From Eledone cirrhosa (taxonomy: Eukaryota): DNA of 64,000 nucleotides. The notes under the pieces are model-generated. The model was not told the origin of the DNA. It worked only from the letters and a program-made list of their open reading frames with translations, and made no database searches. Below are positions 25,211 to 39,904 of this stretch, one piece after another. A program made the translations under genes and the position numbers. The stretch's first letter is position 1, and each line of letters begins with the position of its first letter. Where the stretch lies: NCBI GenBank assembly GCA_964016885.1, contig OZ024745.1, positions 102,424,001 to 102,488,000 on the forward strand, written 5' to 3'.

Positions 25211-25326
25211 ATTAAAAGTATCTAAGTATCTAAGCACACCATAAGCAAGGGAATTATCTATGGTGTTACTTGACCTGGTAGAAATAACAATCAAATAACC
25301 CTAATATCTTTAAAGAAGGGCAAATT

Positions 25327-25545
25327 CATCATCATCGTCGATTAATATCTATCTTGCATGCTAGCATTGGTTAGATGGATTTGTCCCAATTAGAGACAAG
25401 TTGGGTCAGGTGACCATGTCTTGCTCATATAGGAGAGTTTCTGGCTGGTTTCTACAGCTGGATGCCCTTCCTAATGCCAACCACATTTACAGTGTGTGCT
25501 GGGTGCTTTTTGTTGTGACACAATCATAACCATTTTGCAGTGTGT
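25327..25545 (-). mobile_element. SINE/RTE 3' tail
   Basis: CATCATCATCGTC..GCTAGCATTGG..CAGCTGGATGCCCTTCCTAATGCCAACC. Confidence 0.75.
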
Positions 25546-25562
25546 GTGTGTGTGTATGTGTG

Positions 25563-25598
<36 letters not shown>

Positions 25599-25867
25599 TA
25601 GTGAGAATCGTATTTCGGCTATTGGAAATTAGCGAAAAACAACTTCCGAGATGTGTGGCAAGCGCTCCATAGAAGCTAGTGAACTAGAGCTACAACATAA
25701 GTTAAAAGGCCAAACACACCTAGACGATGGTTAAACCATTATCCACACACCCATAGAAACGACCAAGTAATTCGGGTCAAACAAATAAAATATGATTGAA
25801 AATTATACCCGGACCCTGGACATTTGGGTTTCTGCAACTCCTAAATCAAGTACTGTCTGCTTAGACA

Positions 25868-25910
<43 letters not shown>

Positions 25911-26103
25911 CACATATATATATATATATACACACACAAGATTGGTTTCTGCAATTTCTATCTACCAAATTTCCTTCACAAGGTATTGGTCAATCTGAGG
26001 CTATAGTAGAAGATACTTGCACAACCATATATACATACAAAAATCTCACAGATTAGAATTCAGAAACACAATATTGGACTAAATATTAAAGAAATAATAA
26101 TAT

Positions 26104-26353
26104 CGGTTTCTAATCAAGGCCAGAAATTTGAAGAGGAGAGAAAAGTTGATTAAATGAATCCCAGTGCATTACTGGTACTTTATTTTGTTGACTCCATAAA
26201 GATGAAAGGCATATAGTTATGGTCCATCCCGTTCCGAGTTCAAATCCTGCCAAGGTTAGTTTCCGTGGAATTTGAATGCAGAACAAAGGGCTGTAATTAT
26301 ATGCCTCAGAGCATATAGTTTGATGCTCTCCTGATACTGCCAATCCACCACCC

Positions 26354-26354
<1 letters not shown>
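26104..26354 (-). mobile_element. Meta-like SINE with an internal inverted B-box segment
   Basis: Minus-strand SINE landmarks interrupted by plus-strand ATAGTTATGG..GAGTTCAAATCCTGCCAAGGTTAG at about 26210-26262. Confidence 0.7.
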
Positions 26355-26392
<38 letters not shown>

Positions 26393-27099
26393 GAAGAAGA
26401 AAAAATAAAAATATTATGCCAGTTTCTCACCTGAATACACCAATCTCTAGAACCAAGCACTTACTCACACATCTATTATGCATATATATATTTCAAAAAT
26501 ATAAATATATAACATATTTCAGAAATAGCTCTTTATTAAGCTATGCTCGGGTCACATCATTAAACCAATATTTAGCTACATTAAACAAGACTGCAGCTTT
26601 ATATATACCTTGAATATTGAACTCAACATCCTTGAAAAAACTCAATAAAATAAACTCTTAGAATATATCTGCTATTTTAATTTTTGTATATAAAGAATAC
26701 ATCCATATTTTTCTTTTACTTTATCTTTTTGGTCATAGTATAAGTTAAACGAGTTTTCCAAATTTACTTAACGTTAAAACAAAGTTTATTTTACAGTTTG
26801 ATGCACTTTCTTTTGCTCATTGCTTAACCACGGAACAGAAATGGAATTTGCTGAGTCTAAAAGTTACTGAAATTCTTTCTTTACATCTTATATATATATA
26901 TATATATGTATATGCATGTACGTATGTATGTATATGTCCATGTATGTATGTATGTATGTGTGTGTGTGCACGTGTGTTGGTAGCAGGGAAAATGGACAAT
27001 AAATGACGATGATGATTATGACATGTGTGAAACTAATAAAACTTTGTTATTGCAGCTCTGTGTTCATCTTGTTTATCTTCAGCTATATATATATATAAA

Positions 27100-29669
27100 G
27101 ATGAAGTGAGACTTCTTGAATTTTGTGATGCAAGTACACTGACTATTTGCAACACAAACTTCCAGAAACCTGCCAATCACCTAATAACCTACAAATCTGG
27201 CGAGCACATAAGCCAGATTGACTTTTTACTAGTTAGGCAGCGAGACAGGCAGATAGTGTCTAATACCAAGGCATACTCTGGGGAAGAATGTACCCCACAG
27301 TATAGGTTAGTCGTTAGTGATATCTCAGTAAGCAGGAGATGGAATGAGACATATAGGAAGGTGTGGAGAAGAAAGGTCTGGAAGCTAAAAGACCTTTCAC
27401 TAAAATACAAATTTAGGAAAATCCTTCAAGATGTGTATGACGAAAAAGAAGACGATTTAGAGATGTATGACATAGATAATAACTGGAATTTCTTACGTGA
27501 CAACTTAGTGCAGGCTACTGATGAAACTTGTGGCATGAGCAGAGCTCCAACCAGACAGAGAGTGACCTGGTGGTGGAACAGCACAGTATATAAGGCTATT
27601 AGAGACAAAAGACTAGCATGGAAGGCTTGGAAAAAAGGGTGGGAGTAGGGAAGAATATACAGCCACTAAGAGAGAAGCTAGACATCAGGTGTACTTAGCA
27701 CGCAGGGAGGCTGAGAGTAGGAGGTTTGCTAATGTAATGTTCTGTGATGGGAAGATCAGAGGCGTGCGGTGTTCCACATTGCAAGGCAGTGTGTCAATGC
27801 AAATCAGGATGTTGTTGGAGATAAATGTGTCCGAAATGATGCCGGTGTACTTAGTGGCACGAATGATCAGAAAAAGGAGGCCTGGAAATGTCATTATGAG
27901 AGACTGATGAATGTGGAGAACGAATGGGAGAGAGAGAAATTACCCTCAGTAGATCCAACAGAGGGATCAGCTATTGAGATTGACGAATATAGGGTCAAAG
28001 AGGCGATTAAGGAAATGAAAAATGGTAAGGCTGCTGGACCATCGGGAATAGTTGCTGAGATGCTGAAGGCATCAGGGGATGTAGGCACTAAACTGGTTGC
28101 ATGCATCATCAATCAGGCTATATATGGTGGTGTCATACCCAAAGACTGGTGCAGCAGTATTCTCATAAATTGCTACAAAGGTAAAGCGGATGCTCTGGAG
28201 AGGAGGTATATAGGGGTATAAAACTGATGGATCAGGTTATGAAAGTGGCAGAAAGGATATTAGCACAACTAATTAGAGAAAGGGTCAAACTCGATGAGAT
28301 GCAGTTTGGTTTAGTGCCTGGGAAGAGTACAACAGATGCTCTCTTCTTGGTGAGACAATTGCAAGAGAGGTTCTTAGAGAAAAATAAGTCACTATACTTA
28401 GCCTTTGTTGACCTAGAGAAGGCCTTTGATAGGGTACCCCGATCTGTCATCTGGTAGTCCCTAAGGAAACTATGTGTTGAGGAATGGCTTGTGAGGACAG
28501 TGCAAACTTTGTACAGAGGTACTGTCATTAAAGTCAGGGTAGGAATGGAGTTTAGTGAGGAATTCCGGATATAAGTAGGAGTACATCAAGGTTCGGTCCT
28601 CAGCCCGCTCTTGTTCATTATAGTCCTCCAAGCAATAACAGAGGAGTCTAAGACTGGCTGTCCATGGGAACTTCTCTATGCTGACGATCTGGTTCTTATA
28701 GCAGAATCAGTAGAGGAGCTAGAGAATAAATTCTGGCTATGGAAACAGCAGTTGGAAGCAAGAGGACTGAGAGTGAACCTAGCTAAGACAAAAGTGTTGA
28801 TGAGTAGAAAAGAGGACAAAACTCTGATTCCGTCAGGGAAATGGCCATGTTCGATATGCAGAAAAGGACCTAGCATAAATTCTATAAAATGCACACAATG
28901 CAGATCATGGGTACACGAGATGTAGCAGGATAGCAGGCAAACTAACAGGTAGGGAGAAATATGTATGCAGTAGATGTACATGGAAATTAGACAGTAGAAG
29001 TCGCATTGATAGACACATTTTTCAAATGCAGGCGGGTGCTATAGAAGTGGTGGATAGTTTCCGGTACCTAGGTGATCAGATTAGCATGGGAGGGGGGGGT
29101 GGTGTTCCGAGGCCATAGTATCTAGAATAAGGATGGGTTGGAAGAAGTTTAAGGAGCTGCTTCCTCTGCTGACGAAAAAGGGTTTCTCCCTGCGTACGAA
29201 AGGCCGGTTATATGATGCCTGTGTGAGGAGTGCAATGCTGCATGGTAGTGAGACATGGGCAGCAACTGCAGAGGATATGCGACGGCTGGAGAGAAATAAG
29301 GCAAGCATCCTCCGTTGGATGTGCAGTGTCAATGTACGTGAACACCCCAGCATGAATATGTTGAGAGAGAAACTATCCGAGAGGGATAGAATGTAGTGTA
29401 CGGGAGAGGAGACTGAGGTGGTATGGACATGTGATGCGCATGGAGGATGACCGATGGGTGAAGAAGTGCCAGGAAATGCCAGTTGAATGAAGACGTGGTA
29501 GAGGTAGACCACGAAAAACATGGGCGGAGGTGGTGAGAACAGACCTCAGATCACTGAAGCTCACGGTGGAGATGACGAAGGACCGTGATGAGTGGAGAGA
29601 TGCTGTGCTGAATAAGACCCGTCCCACCCTTGCAAGCAGGGAAGAACGGACGTAAAATGATGATGATGA
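27100..29669 (+). mobile_element. 5'-truncated decayed RTE-clade LINE
   Basis: APE C-terminus (SQIDFLLVR), KAAGPSGI, DLEKAFDRVP, LLYADD, PHD-like CSIC..CTQC..WVH, SAMLHGSETW, and 3' tail CCCTTGCAAGCAGGG..GGACGTAAAATGATGATG. Confidence 0.95.
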
Positions 29670-32600
29670 TATATTTTGAGTGTGTGTGTGACAATCTATA
29701 TCAAGTCATTTGGTAAATATTAGCCTTGGATGATTTTTTAAAATTTAGACATTCACATGAATTATATGAGTAGATTGTTTTTGACTATCTTTCATAATGT
29801 TCAGTTGATCAACCACAAAGCTGAAGTTGTGCTGCTGCTGTTTAGCTCCAGATCATTTTTGATTAAGGAGACCAATGGCAGTTGTGGCTATCCAATCTTG
29901 TTTGCACAAGTGTCTTATTTACGGTTATCATTTGCAATCAAGTATGACTTGGTAGTATATACCATGCGTTTGCTAAGGGTTTTAGGTGACCATGCAGTAG
30001 CCTCTCAACCCTCCCTTGATATAGTGGAATATCCAGGATATAACAGCTAAAAGGAAAAAAGGCTGCACCAGCGCAAGGATAATACTTTCTTTATCAACTC
30101 TAAAAGGATGAAAGGCTAAGTGGCAGGATTTGAATTCAGAGTACAGAGTCAGAACAAAAAATCCAATATTAAAATGACTACCAAATCATTCAAGTTTTGT
30201 ATATCTAAGGTTATATTGTTTAATGTGTCTTTCGTTTTTGAAGGTAAGGTGTATTTTGAGCAAGAATCAGTAGTTATCTTTAACAGATCAAGTGACTACA
30301 GAGATGAACTCTCTTCTTGAGAGCTGTGCACATCGTTTGAACTGATAGATTAAAGGGATTGCGTTAATGTGTCTTAATTAAATGTTGTATCATTTCTATT
30401 AACTAATTGCAGCGTTCTCGTTCTATTACTTCCTATACTCAACAAAATCCACATTAGCATCTGTAGCAGAACTTTCAATCAGTGAGTGAAAGTTGCAGAG
30501 AAAACCACCAAGATTAAAGAACCAATCCATGGGTGCATGGGTAATTGTTGATGAGAAAGTTAAAGCCTGACTAACTACAACACATTTACTATTAAGAAAG
30601 TAAATGCCATTTCATTCAAATTACCTGATTAACTTTCACGTGAAGAGGGAATAACCATTTTTTACTGCATTTCTGACTGTATATAGATAAATTGACTAAT
30701 GAAGAATTTGCAGTGAATTGCTAAATTTATTAATTATTTTATTAAGATTATATAACTTAAAGGGTTCTTATATAAAATTATGTTTGAAAGCTTTAATTTA
30801 AATAGAAACTCTTGGAAAATAATGATTTTGTTTAATAGAACCAGAGATCTTTTTGGTGTGATTGGTACTAAGGGGTTAATGTAAAGTGAATTGACAGAAG
30901 TGTATTATTAGTCTATCTTTCATCAATCCAAGATGGATGTATATCAAAGTTGGCAGTACTGAACTCACTGTAAACATCTCATATAGCCCTTCCTCAGATC
31001 TGCAATCCTCTGAAAATGCCTCTGCACCTATGTTTTTTCTTACAAACACAGACCTACAGGTATTCAGGTTGGATCTACTGCATCAATTTAACCAATCCAG
31101 GACCAACAAAGAACTCTATACATGGTTGCCAGACGTGCTAGAAATAGTAGTCAAAACACTCATACTATACTCAATCATCTTAAATGAAGAAAGAACATAT
31201 TGGATAATGTTGTTCAAGATACATTATGCCTGGCAAAAATAGATTGAATAGTCATAACTGGAATGTCTTTGACCATAAGCTAGTTAGACTGGAGTTAACA
31301 ATATATCTTAAAAGCCTGCAGGCTTGGGATAATTCCCAAAGTCCCAAGTTTGTAAGACCCAAAGCAAGGAGAAGCATCATCTTATCTAGCGAAAGTTTCA
31401 AACAAATGTGAAGCAAAAGAAAATGAGTAGGATGGTGGAACTCATGCAACAAGAAGCATGGCTGATATGAGAGAGGATTAAACTGGTTAAACATCCTGGT
31501 AGTAGATTTCAATCATATCGAGTCCTTTGTCCAACAGTCAAGAATGCCTCATCAAGCCCAGGAACTGTCAAGAGACCTTCTTGTGCACAGCTGTTATGAT
31601 AAGTTGCTCAAATCGGTTACTAAAAGCATGGCCACTGTTCTGCTGGAAGATGCATTGTGAACTGTAAAAGATTTGCCGGATGCTCAATAACTCTGTAAAG
31701 TTTATAACTGATTGATCTTTACAGGGGCAGCAAAGAGGAGAACCACTCAATTTGTGAGAGAAGTTTCAGAGAAAGCCATCAGATGGCAGGACAAATTGAT
31801 GGTTGTGTGAGCAGTTTTTGTTAGAAAACAAGTTGAGGTCTAATGAAACATGGCTGATTCACCTGGGCAAGGGTGTTTGATGTTGATAAACCAGAAATAC
31901 CTAATGATTTCTAAGTTCAGATTTACAGTTATTCATATGTTATTTCATTAATGAGATGCTGGATAATTTGTATTTTGTGACATTAGATTTTCTTTTCTTT
32001 CTATCTGAGCAATTGTATGGTGTGTCTTACGTCATTTAGATTTGTTGCATTTGTTTACTTTTATATTGTTCTTGTGTAGACTTATGCAAAGAAACACAAT
32101 TTTCAATTTGTCACACCTTTAACGTATATTTATTACTCTGAGATTTCATTTATCAATATCATCTTATTGAGTGCTTGTGCCAGCATCTGAGGATTGTTCT
32201 CTCAAAATATGCTAGCTGTAGCTGCAACTTCGATTTTACTCACTATCATTGTTTTATATATATATATAACAAAGAAGGTGTGGTAAGATACCAGGTGGAC
32301 CATAACGCACCAGAGTATTCGATACTTGGGGTAGTAGAGTGGGTAATAGCTAGGTCCGAATGGTTTGGATCTAGCTGTCGAAATGGCCGGAGCCCTGACT
32401 CTTTTCATATATATATAAATTAGATAAAGAAAACTGAAACAAAAACAGTGATAAGATAAACATTATTATTCCATTATCTATCCAATTCCATAAATGATTA
32501 AGAATTAAATTTCTTTTCTTTCAACAACAGAAGATATAAAAGTATAAAAGTTAAAAGTAATGATGAAAGAAAATATAAGTAATAACAAAATACAAAAACC

Positions 32601-32938
32601 TAACAAGTAAAGTTGTTTCATTCAATCAAGAAATTCAACAACCTATGGCCAGTGTAGGAGAGAAGTGTTTCTTTCATATCATCACATCGACTTTCATCAT
32701 TAGTTGATAGTTGGCAGGGACACAAGAATCACCGTTGTCTTACAAGTTATACCACCCATAAATATATCGACTCTCATCTACAAATCTAAGCTGTTCATGT
32801 CATAGAATAAGGTTCCTATACAATTGATTGATTCATTTGCTCATAACAATGGCATTTTCGCTTTAGGATAAGAAAAAGTTGGACTTTTTTTTGGGGGGTA
32901 TGTATGTATATGTATGTATGTGCGTCTGTGTGTGTATC

Positions 32939-33193
32939 TATGCCTGTGTGTATGAATGCCTGTGTGTATGAATGCCTGTGTGTATGAATGCCTGTGTATA
33001 TATATATGTGTATGTATGCAGTTATGTATACCTGTGTGAATGTATGTCTGTGTACGAATGTGTGTACGAATGTGTGTACGAATGTGTCTACGAATGTGTG
33101 TACGAATGTGTCTACGAATGTGTCTACGAATGTGTCTACGAATGTGTCTACGAATGTGTGTACGAATGTGTGTACGAATGTGTGTACGAATGT
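32939..33193. repeat. adjacent 16-bp (ATGCCTGTGTGTATGA) and 12-bp (TGTGTACGAATG / TGTCTACGAATG) minisatellites
   Basis: Direct inspection; they give rise to the CVYE-repeat ORF. Confidence 0.9.
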
Positions 33194-33277
33194 GGTTTCA
33201 AACTTACTTTATATCTTGCTTATTTGATTGCCAACATTTGTCTCACCAAACAGACATATACACACACACACACACAA

Positions 33278-33308
<31 letters not shown>

Positions 33309-33309
33309 T

Positions 33310-33362
<53 letters not shown>

Positions 33363-33363
33363 T

Positions 33364-33413
<50 letters not shown>

Positions 33414-33819
33414 GCACATATATTGAAATATATATATATAATATATCTGTTTGTATGTACATATATACAGACACACATACAGTCTAGTCTAGTCTACAAC
33501 CTAGCAAACAAAGAAAGGTATGAAATATATGGGAAAGACATCAAAAGGAATAGTGGAGATTAGAGGCATTTTATATGTATTTTATCACTGGTAAATTGAA
33601 AAAGAAAAGCAAACTAAGTTGCTCTTTTCATTGAGGAAAACATCTCTTCTGTTATGTCTGATAGACAGACACTGACAATCACAGATCTATGTACATATGT
33701 ATGTAGTGATGGATATATATACTCTAGGTATAAATGTATGATGTAAAAGTGCATGGTATGTATGTATGTGTGTGTGTGCTCGCATGCATGAAAGTATGCA
33801 TGCTGTATATGTATATATT

Positions 33820-34215
33820 CTGTATATATTCTGTGTATGTATGCTGTGTATGTATGTATGCTGTGTATGTATGTATGGATGCTGTATATGTATGTATAGA
33901 TTGTGTATATATGCTGTGTATGTATGTATATATTCTGTACATATGCTGTGTATGTATGCTGTGTATGTATGCTGTGTATGTATGCTGTGTATGTATGTAT
34001 GCTGTATATGTCTGTATATATTCTGTATATGTATGCTGTGTATGTATGCTGTGTATGTACGCATGCATGTATATATGATGTATATGTATGCAGGTATATA
34101 TGTTGTGTATGTATGTTGTGTATGTATGTTGTGTATGTATGTTGTGTATGTATGTATGTTGTGTATGTATGTATGTTGTGTATGTATGTTGTGTATGTAT
34201 GTTGTGTATGTATGT
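33820..34215. repeat. (TGTA)n-derived 12/16-bp compound satellite
   Basis: Repeated GCTGTGTATGTAT and GTTGTGTATGTAT units. Confidence 0.9.
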
Positions 34216-34339
34216 TACATAATTTTGTACATATGTATATATGAATCTTCATATGCACGTGTGTTTATATGTATGTCTGGATGTTATACATGTATATATG
34301 CTATGTCACTGTATGTATGCACATCTCTAATATCAAATT

Positions 34340-36012
34340 CCATAACAACTATGGAATTTACACCTGCAATGTTGCAACATCACCTTAAGAATAAACGCAA
34401 CTATGCCTCACCTGTCTTGATGGTGTTACATACCTGCTTCTCAAATGTGGCGGGTACTTCCTTTTGCACCAGCTTTCTTCTTTCAATACTGTCTCAACAA
34501 TGGTGTTACTCCGGAGCAGTGGAAAACTGCCAGTGTCATTCCCCTGTTCAAAAAGGGCGACCGCACGTCTCCTGTCAACTATCGTCCAATCAGTCTTACT
34601 AGCTGTATTGCCAAACTGATGGAATCCTGTGTCAGAGAAACACTTTGGAACTTCTGGAGCTCTCACAGCCTCATCCCGCCCTCGCAGTTTGGATTTATCC
34701 CTAACTCCAGCTGCTGTGATCAGCTTATCGAGTTCCTTGAAGACATTACCCGGATCACTGACAGCATCTCATGGGTGGATGTTGTTTACCTTGACTTCGC
34801 TAAGGCTTTTAATTCTGTGCCACACAAAAGACTTATGTCGAAACTCTCTGCAATGGGTGTGGGGGATGATCTTTTTAACTGGTTGAAATCCTTCATTCTC
34901 AGCCGAAAAGAAGTAGTCACGGTTCTAGGACAGCATTCTTCACCATATGAGATGTCATCTAGTGTACCACAGGGATCTGTTCTTGGTCCCCTTTTGTTTG
35001 TGGAATATATTAATGACAGATGCCAACTTAAAGAATGCCACGGTACTGAAATATCCAGATGACCAAGCTGTACCTTGAAATCAAAAGGACTGATCCTGAA
35101 ATCTACAACTCTTTCCTACAATCAGACCTGGACACAATGCAGCAATAGATCACAGACTGGCAACTTAAGCTAGCTGTGGACAAGTATACCACCATGCATT
35201 TTGGGAGGAAAAATCCAGTGTCCACATACTCCCTCTACAACACTGGTATCAAGAAGTCCTCTTGTGAACATGACCTGGGCATTACTGTCAGCAGCGATTT
35301 GTGTTGGACAAAGCATGTCTCTAAGATTGTCAAGAAGGCCGAGGGTGTCTTGGCATCACTCAGCAAGACCTTTGTTAGCCGCTCTCCAGCCATCTATTTA
35401 AAGCTGTATACAGCTATGGTATGACCACACTTGGAATTCGCATCATCAGTCTGGAACCTCCATCTTGCTCAGAACATTGACCTCCTGGAAACTGTTCAGA
35501 GACGTGCAACCAAGCGCATACCCTCCATCAGACACCTATCATACTCTGAACGCCTTGCTTCCCTGGGCATGGATTGATTGAAGCTCCGACATCTGGCAAT
35601 GGACTTGGTAAACACCCACAAAGTTATTAACCATCTCGCCAACAACAACCCTGAGTATCTTTTTGATCTCCATGTGTCTAACACACGTGGATATGCCTAC
35701 AAAATCAGAAAACAGCACAGCTCCCATGAATTTCGGAAACATTTTTTCACACTCAGAGTTGCTGAAGCATGGAACAAACTGCCTGTGTCAGTTGTTAGCT
35801 GCCGAGACACTGCATCCTTTAAGACACTCATGCTTCCCGAAATTCGCCAAAACTACACCTGATGTACCCTTTCCATACACATGCACACGTGTATATCATG
35901 ACATGCACTGTTCATTTTCCTGACGTTTGTACATTACCCTATGTACTATACATGCACTTTTTGATGAGTTGTAGTGCACCTGAGCACTGTACACAATATT
36001 TTCATTATTATT
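34340..36012 (+). mobile_element. CR1/L2 (Jockey-group) LINE, 5'-truncated and decayed
   Basis: WKTASVIPLFKKGDR..NYRPISLTS, VDVVYLDFAKAFNSVPH, VPQGSVLGPLLF, HFFTLRVAEAWNKLP, and a (TTA) tail. Confidence 0.92.
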
Positions 36013-36294
36013 CATTATTTTCATGTATGTATACATAAATGAGGTAAAATAAATGTTCATATGTATATATGTTATAGATGTATATATATTGACATTTCAT
36101 ATGCTAATATATATATATATATAAGTATATATGCTTACATGTATTATATTTATATATGACAAACATGAAACAATGTCAGAGGTGCAGGTGTCATGGTAAA
36201 GTTTACCCTGTACATTCTGTAATGCTGGTGCCATGAAAAATGCACTAATGTCAGTTTGGTCATCCCTGCCCCACGTATTTTTACTTAGCAATGA

Positions 36295-36412
36295 CATCAT
36301 CATCATCCGGCGCCCTCAGCCAAAATCGACTCAATTCATCCGTCGTTCATTGCTGTTGCCAAATCCAGGATTTCAATACCAGAATCTCTGGAGATGACAT
36401 CGGGATAGGAGA
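36295..36412 (-). mobile_element. 3' end of a different RTE-like LINE
   Basis: Minus strand reads YPDVISRDSGIEILDLATAMND, followed by a (GAT)n tail. Confidence 0.55.
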
Positions 36413-36940
36413 GATTGTGCCCCATTATTAGTGACTGCTTGTGACATAATACTTATTCTCCTAACCTCCGTGATCTTATTCCCCTTTTACCCTCCCCCAT
36501 ATGTTATAGAGGGCTTTTCTATTGAGTCAATAATTAATAACCTTAGATCTAGTGGCCTGATAAAATGCACAAAGTACACCCTAAAAAATAGTTAATGATA
36601 GGAAGGGCATCCAGCAGTAAAGAAACTTGAAGACAGTATAGAGAATTTTTCAGTTGTATTAAGGACATGAACTCCTAGAGTTGGTGCTAATATAAAATGT
36701 ACAACACACATTATGCTGTGAGGTAATATATGTGAGAGGAGTTCCCAGCCCACCTGAGAGATCAGTAGTTCTGAATAAATACTAATGAACCTTGCTAGAA
36801 GGGAATACAAATGTTAAATGCTGATGATGATATGTATGTACATGTTATAAAGTTCCTATGTTTTTCGAACCAATTTTTTTTAAAATTATCATTTTCCTTA
36901 TATAAGGTGATGTGTATAGAACGTTTTCTAACCTCCAGAC

Positions 36941-36981
<41 letters not shown>

Positions 36982-39904
36982 AGACCAGTATTGCTCCAAC
37001 CTGTCTACTCACCATCCATAACTACCCCCCCCCACACACACACTATATACATATATATGCAAACAAGCAAGTAGGACCATCAAACACATAAATGTATATT
37101 TGCATATACTCTCTCACAAGTACAAAGACATTGTAATAAATACAATTCTTTTCAAGGAATGATGAGTAAGTCAAAAGGTACTTATATATCTCCCTTTCAA
37201 CTAGTTTCTATATGTATGTGTACATTATATATATATATATTATACATATATATTGCTTCCCTTATTTTTTTTCATACTCCTTTGTTAAATCTCTCTTTTG
37301 TCATGATAAAAAAAAAAATTGAACACGAGAAAGTTTTCACAATTGAGGATGTTCAGTTTTATTCAATTGCTTAAATAAATGCATAACATTTTTCTAATTT
37401 TTTCATGCAAGTTGGCAACATTCTCTATGAGACATACACCTTTGCAGTATGAGCCAAAAAAATTGTTTATTGTTTATTACATTAATGTTGCTGTTGTTTC
37501 TTTTGGTTTTGGGTTTAAAGGAATTCTATTATCAAATATGCCTTCTTTACTTTCATCTAGAATACAATTTTGGAGAGTTTGCTACCTTCATTCCTATATA
37601 TTATTTTGTAAATAGTTATAGATGCATAACTTTCATACACATGCACTTGTCAAAAGTATAAGTATTTGTATGTGTAAACAAATATACGTTCACATGCAAT
37701 TTGAAAATCTCTCTCTCTTCCTCTCATAGAGAGAGAAAGTAATATAGTTAATACGCAGCATTGTGAGATATGTAATAAAAGACCAGTAAGTTTCAAAAAG
37801 TTGGTACAATGCAGCAGAAATATATATAGAGCCAAGGATAACAAAACAAAACAAAGTAATGTTTTATCCAGTATATTTCAACGTGATATTTCAGAGCTAT
37901 TACCCTCTTTTCAAATGTGAAACAGAATAGATTCAAAACAAAGACAAAAGATCTATGTGTTCTTCCTAAACTGGCCTAGGTGTCTGAAATACACATGCAT
38001 GAATTTGTTATAGTAGCCAATCAGCTGTATGCATTTCCAATCTATTATTTATCTGTTTTTTCTGGTTGATGTTAATTCTTAAATTGCCCACATTCCTTTC
38101 CATTGCCTCTATGGTAACTGCAATGTCTTAGCTGCAGCATCTGTCAAAATGTTATTTAACAGAAGAAACTCTCACTGTCATGTGCTCCTTGATCCATAAG
38201 TGCAGCATACAAATGTACTTCTGATGTACAAGGAGCTGCACACTTCTGATGTACAAGGAGCTGCTTTTTTTACATTTGACCTTGTAGACCCCATAAGCTC
38301 TCATGCACACTGCCTTATTGATGGAACAGTTATGAAGTGTGCATATATCGTATGTAGGTTGGTGTCTGGAGTATTCTCCTCATTGAAGTCACCATAGAGG
38401 TAATAAAAGGAACATGAGCAATTTAAGAATCAAAGATGCCATTATCATCAACCAGAAAAACACATAAATAATAGATTGGTAATGCATAAAGCAGATTGGC
38501 TACTGTAAACTGATTTTGTGGTTATGTTAGAAAATAACTGTACTATGTGCACTGGAGAACTTTAATAAAAAAAATAACAGTGGCACTTCTGATGTTTTGT
38601 GTTCTAATTGTAGTAATGTGGATGTGGATTATATTTAGATGAACTTTTAGTACTTTATATTGACTATTTGTGTGACAAAGTTTTGTGCTGAGGTGATACT
38701 AACCTTTCGATGTTCTTATTGGTTGTCTTGTGGTTAACTTCAATGATTTTCCCTTTTTCCACATTTGCCAAAAGATTTTTCATCTGTTTACATATCACTC
38801 AACCAATGTTTTAATTGTAACTACACCTTTTCTGCCATAAAGATTTTAGAACTGGAAGTTTTTATTATGGTTAACCCCATATTTTGTTATAAAGAATAGT
38901 TTGATATAATTAGCAACCTTATTTACTTCTGAGACTAAGTGATGAAGTAGATTCTATTGCTTGAGTAAATAGACTAAACATAACTTTTACCAAATCTTCC
39001 ATCTCATTTTTTATTAGTAACACCAAAGAACATTAAATACAATCAGCAATCATACTCAACTAGGCACACAAGACCAACACACACAAAAAATTAAGTCAAT
39101 TCCAAAATGTAATAAGAAGAATAAAACAAATTTGAAACATTAAGACTATTTCCCACACACACAATCTCTGCTAGTGTGAATATAATCACCTTCAGATACC
39201 CAAATACATCTACAAAACTCCAGAAAGCGACACAATCCTAAAACTGCTATAACCTTCCACATTTAGTAAAAGAAAAAGAACAAAACACACACAAAACTAG
39301 CAGAAGCAGCAAATACCTCTTTAGATCCTAACAATATACTGGGATGCGCATCATTATTAGTAAATTCAGAAGAATAACAACTGTTGTGTTTTGACTTAGT
39401 CAACATCCATCTCTATTTGTGTATCTGCAGTCACTACCATAACTTACAGATTTTTTTAGGAATGGACTGAACAGTGAAGGAAAAACGATATCACTTTATT
39501 GCTTCACTGCATTCGATGTAATAAACCACTGCACTTCAGAGTGCACAGGATGTTACTCAACAATGGGAGAAGCATTAATGAGGCCTGATTATTCAAACAA
39601 TTGTTACCATACCATAGGTCTGCTCAATTAGGTTTGCTCTAAGCTACACAAAATATGGAGCCTCAATGTGGTTGCTTACCCTACTATAAGAAGCAGCCAA
39701 ACTCTCTTCAAACTGCATTCTACCATCTTAAAGAAAGGATACAAATTGGATAAAGGTCCTGATGCATTGTCTAAAAAAAGGATGAGTTAGTCATGTCAAG
39801 AATGCTTTTAACATAGGTACATTCAATTATGGTAGACAACAGCAAATACGCTTTTATTGTAATAAAATCTTACTTTCTACCAAAATGCAACTACATTGCA
39901 GTCT

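Noticed and set aside
28681-28687. CTGACGA (also CTGATGA at about 16852, 36822 and 45198, and CTGACGA at about 29169)
   Set aside because: These fall within RT coding sequence (YADD etc.) or (GAT)n tails, with no stem II-GAAA-stem III arrangement
33050-33193. Regularly spaced repeats considered as CRISPR-like
   Set aside because: Contiguous 12-bp tandem units with no unique spacers, eukaryotic context, no cas genes
32972-34602. Many 100-280 aa ORFs (CVYE, YIHT, VCML repeats)
   Set aside because: Translations of micro- and minisatellites lacking stop codons; not genes
39050-39260. Faint Penelope C-terminal-like words (NIKTI..NLC..E)
   Set aside because: Requires several frameshifts; too degenerate to support by eye
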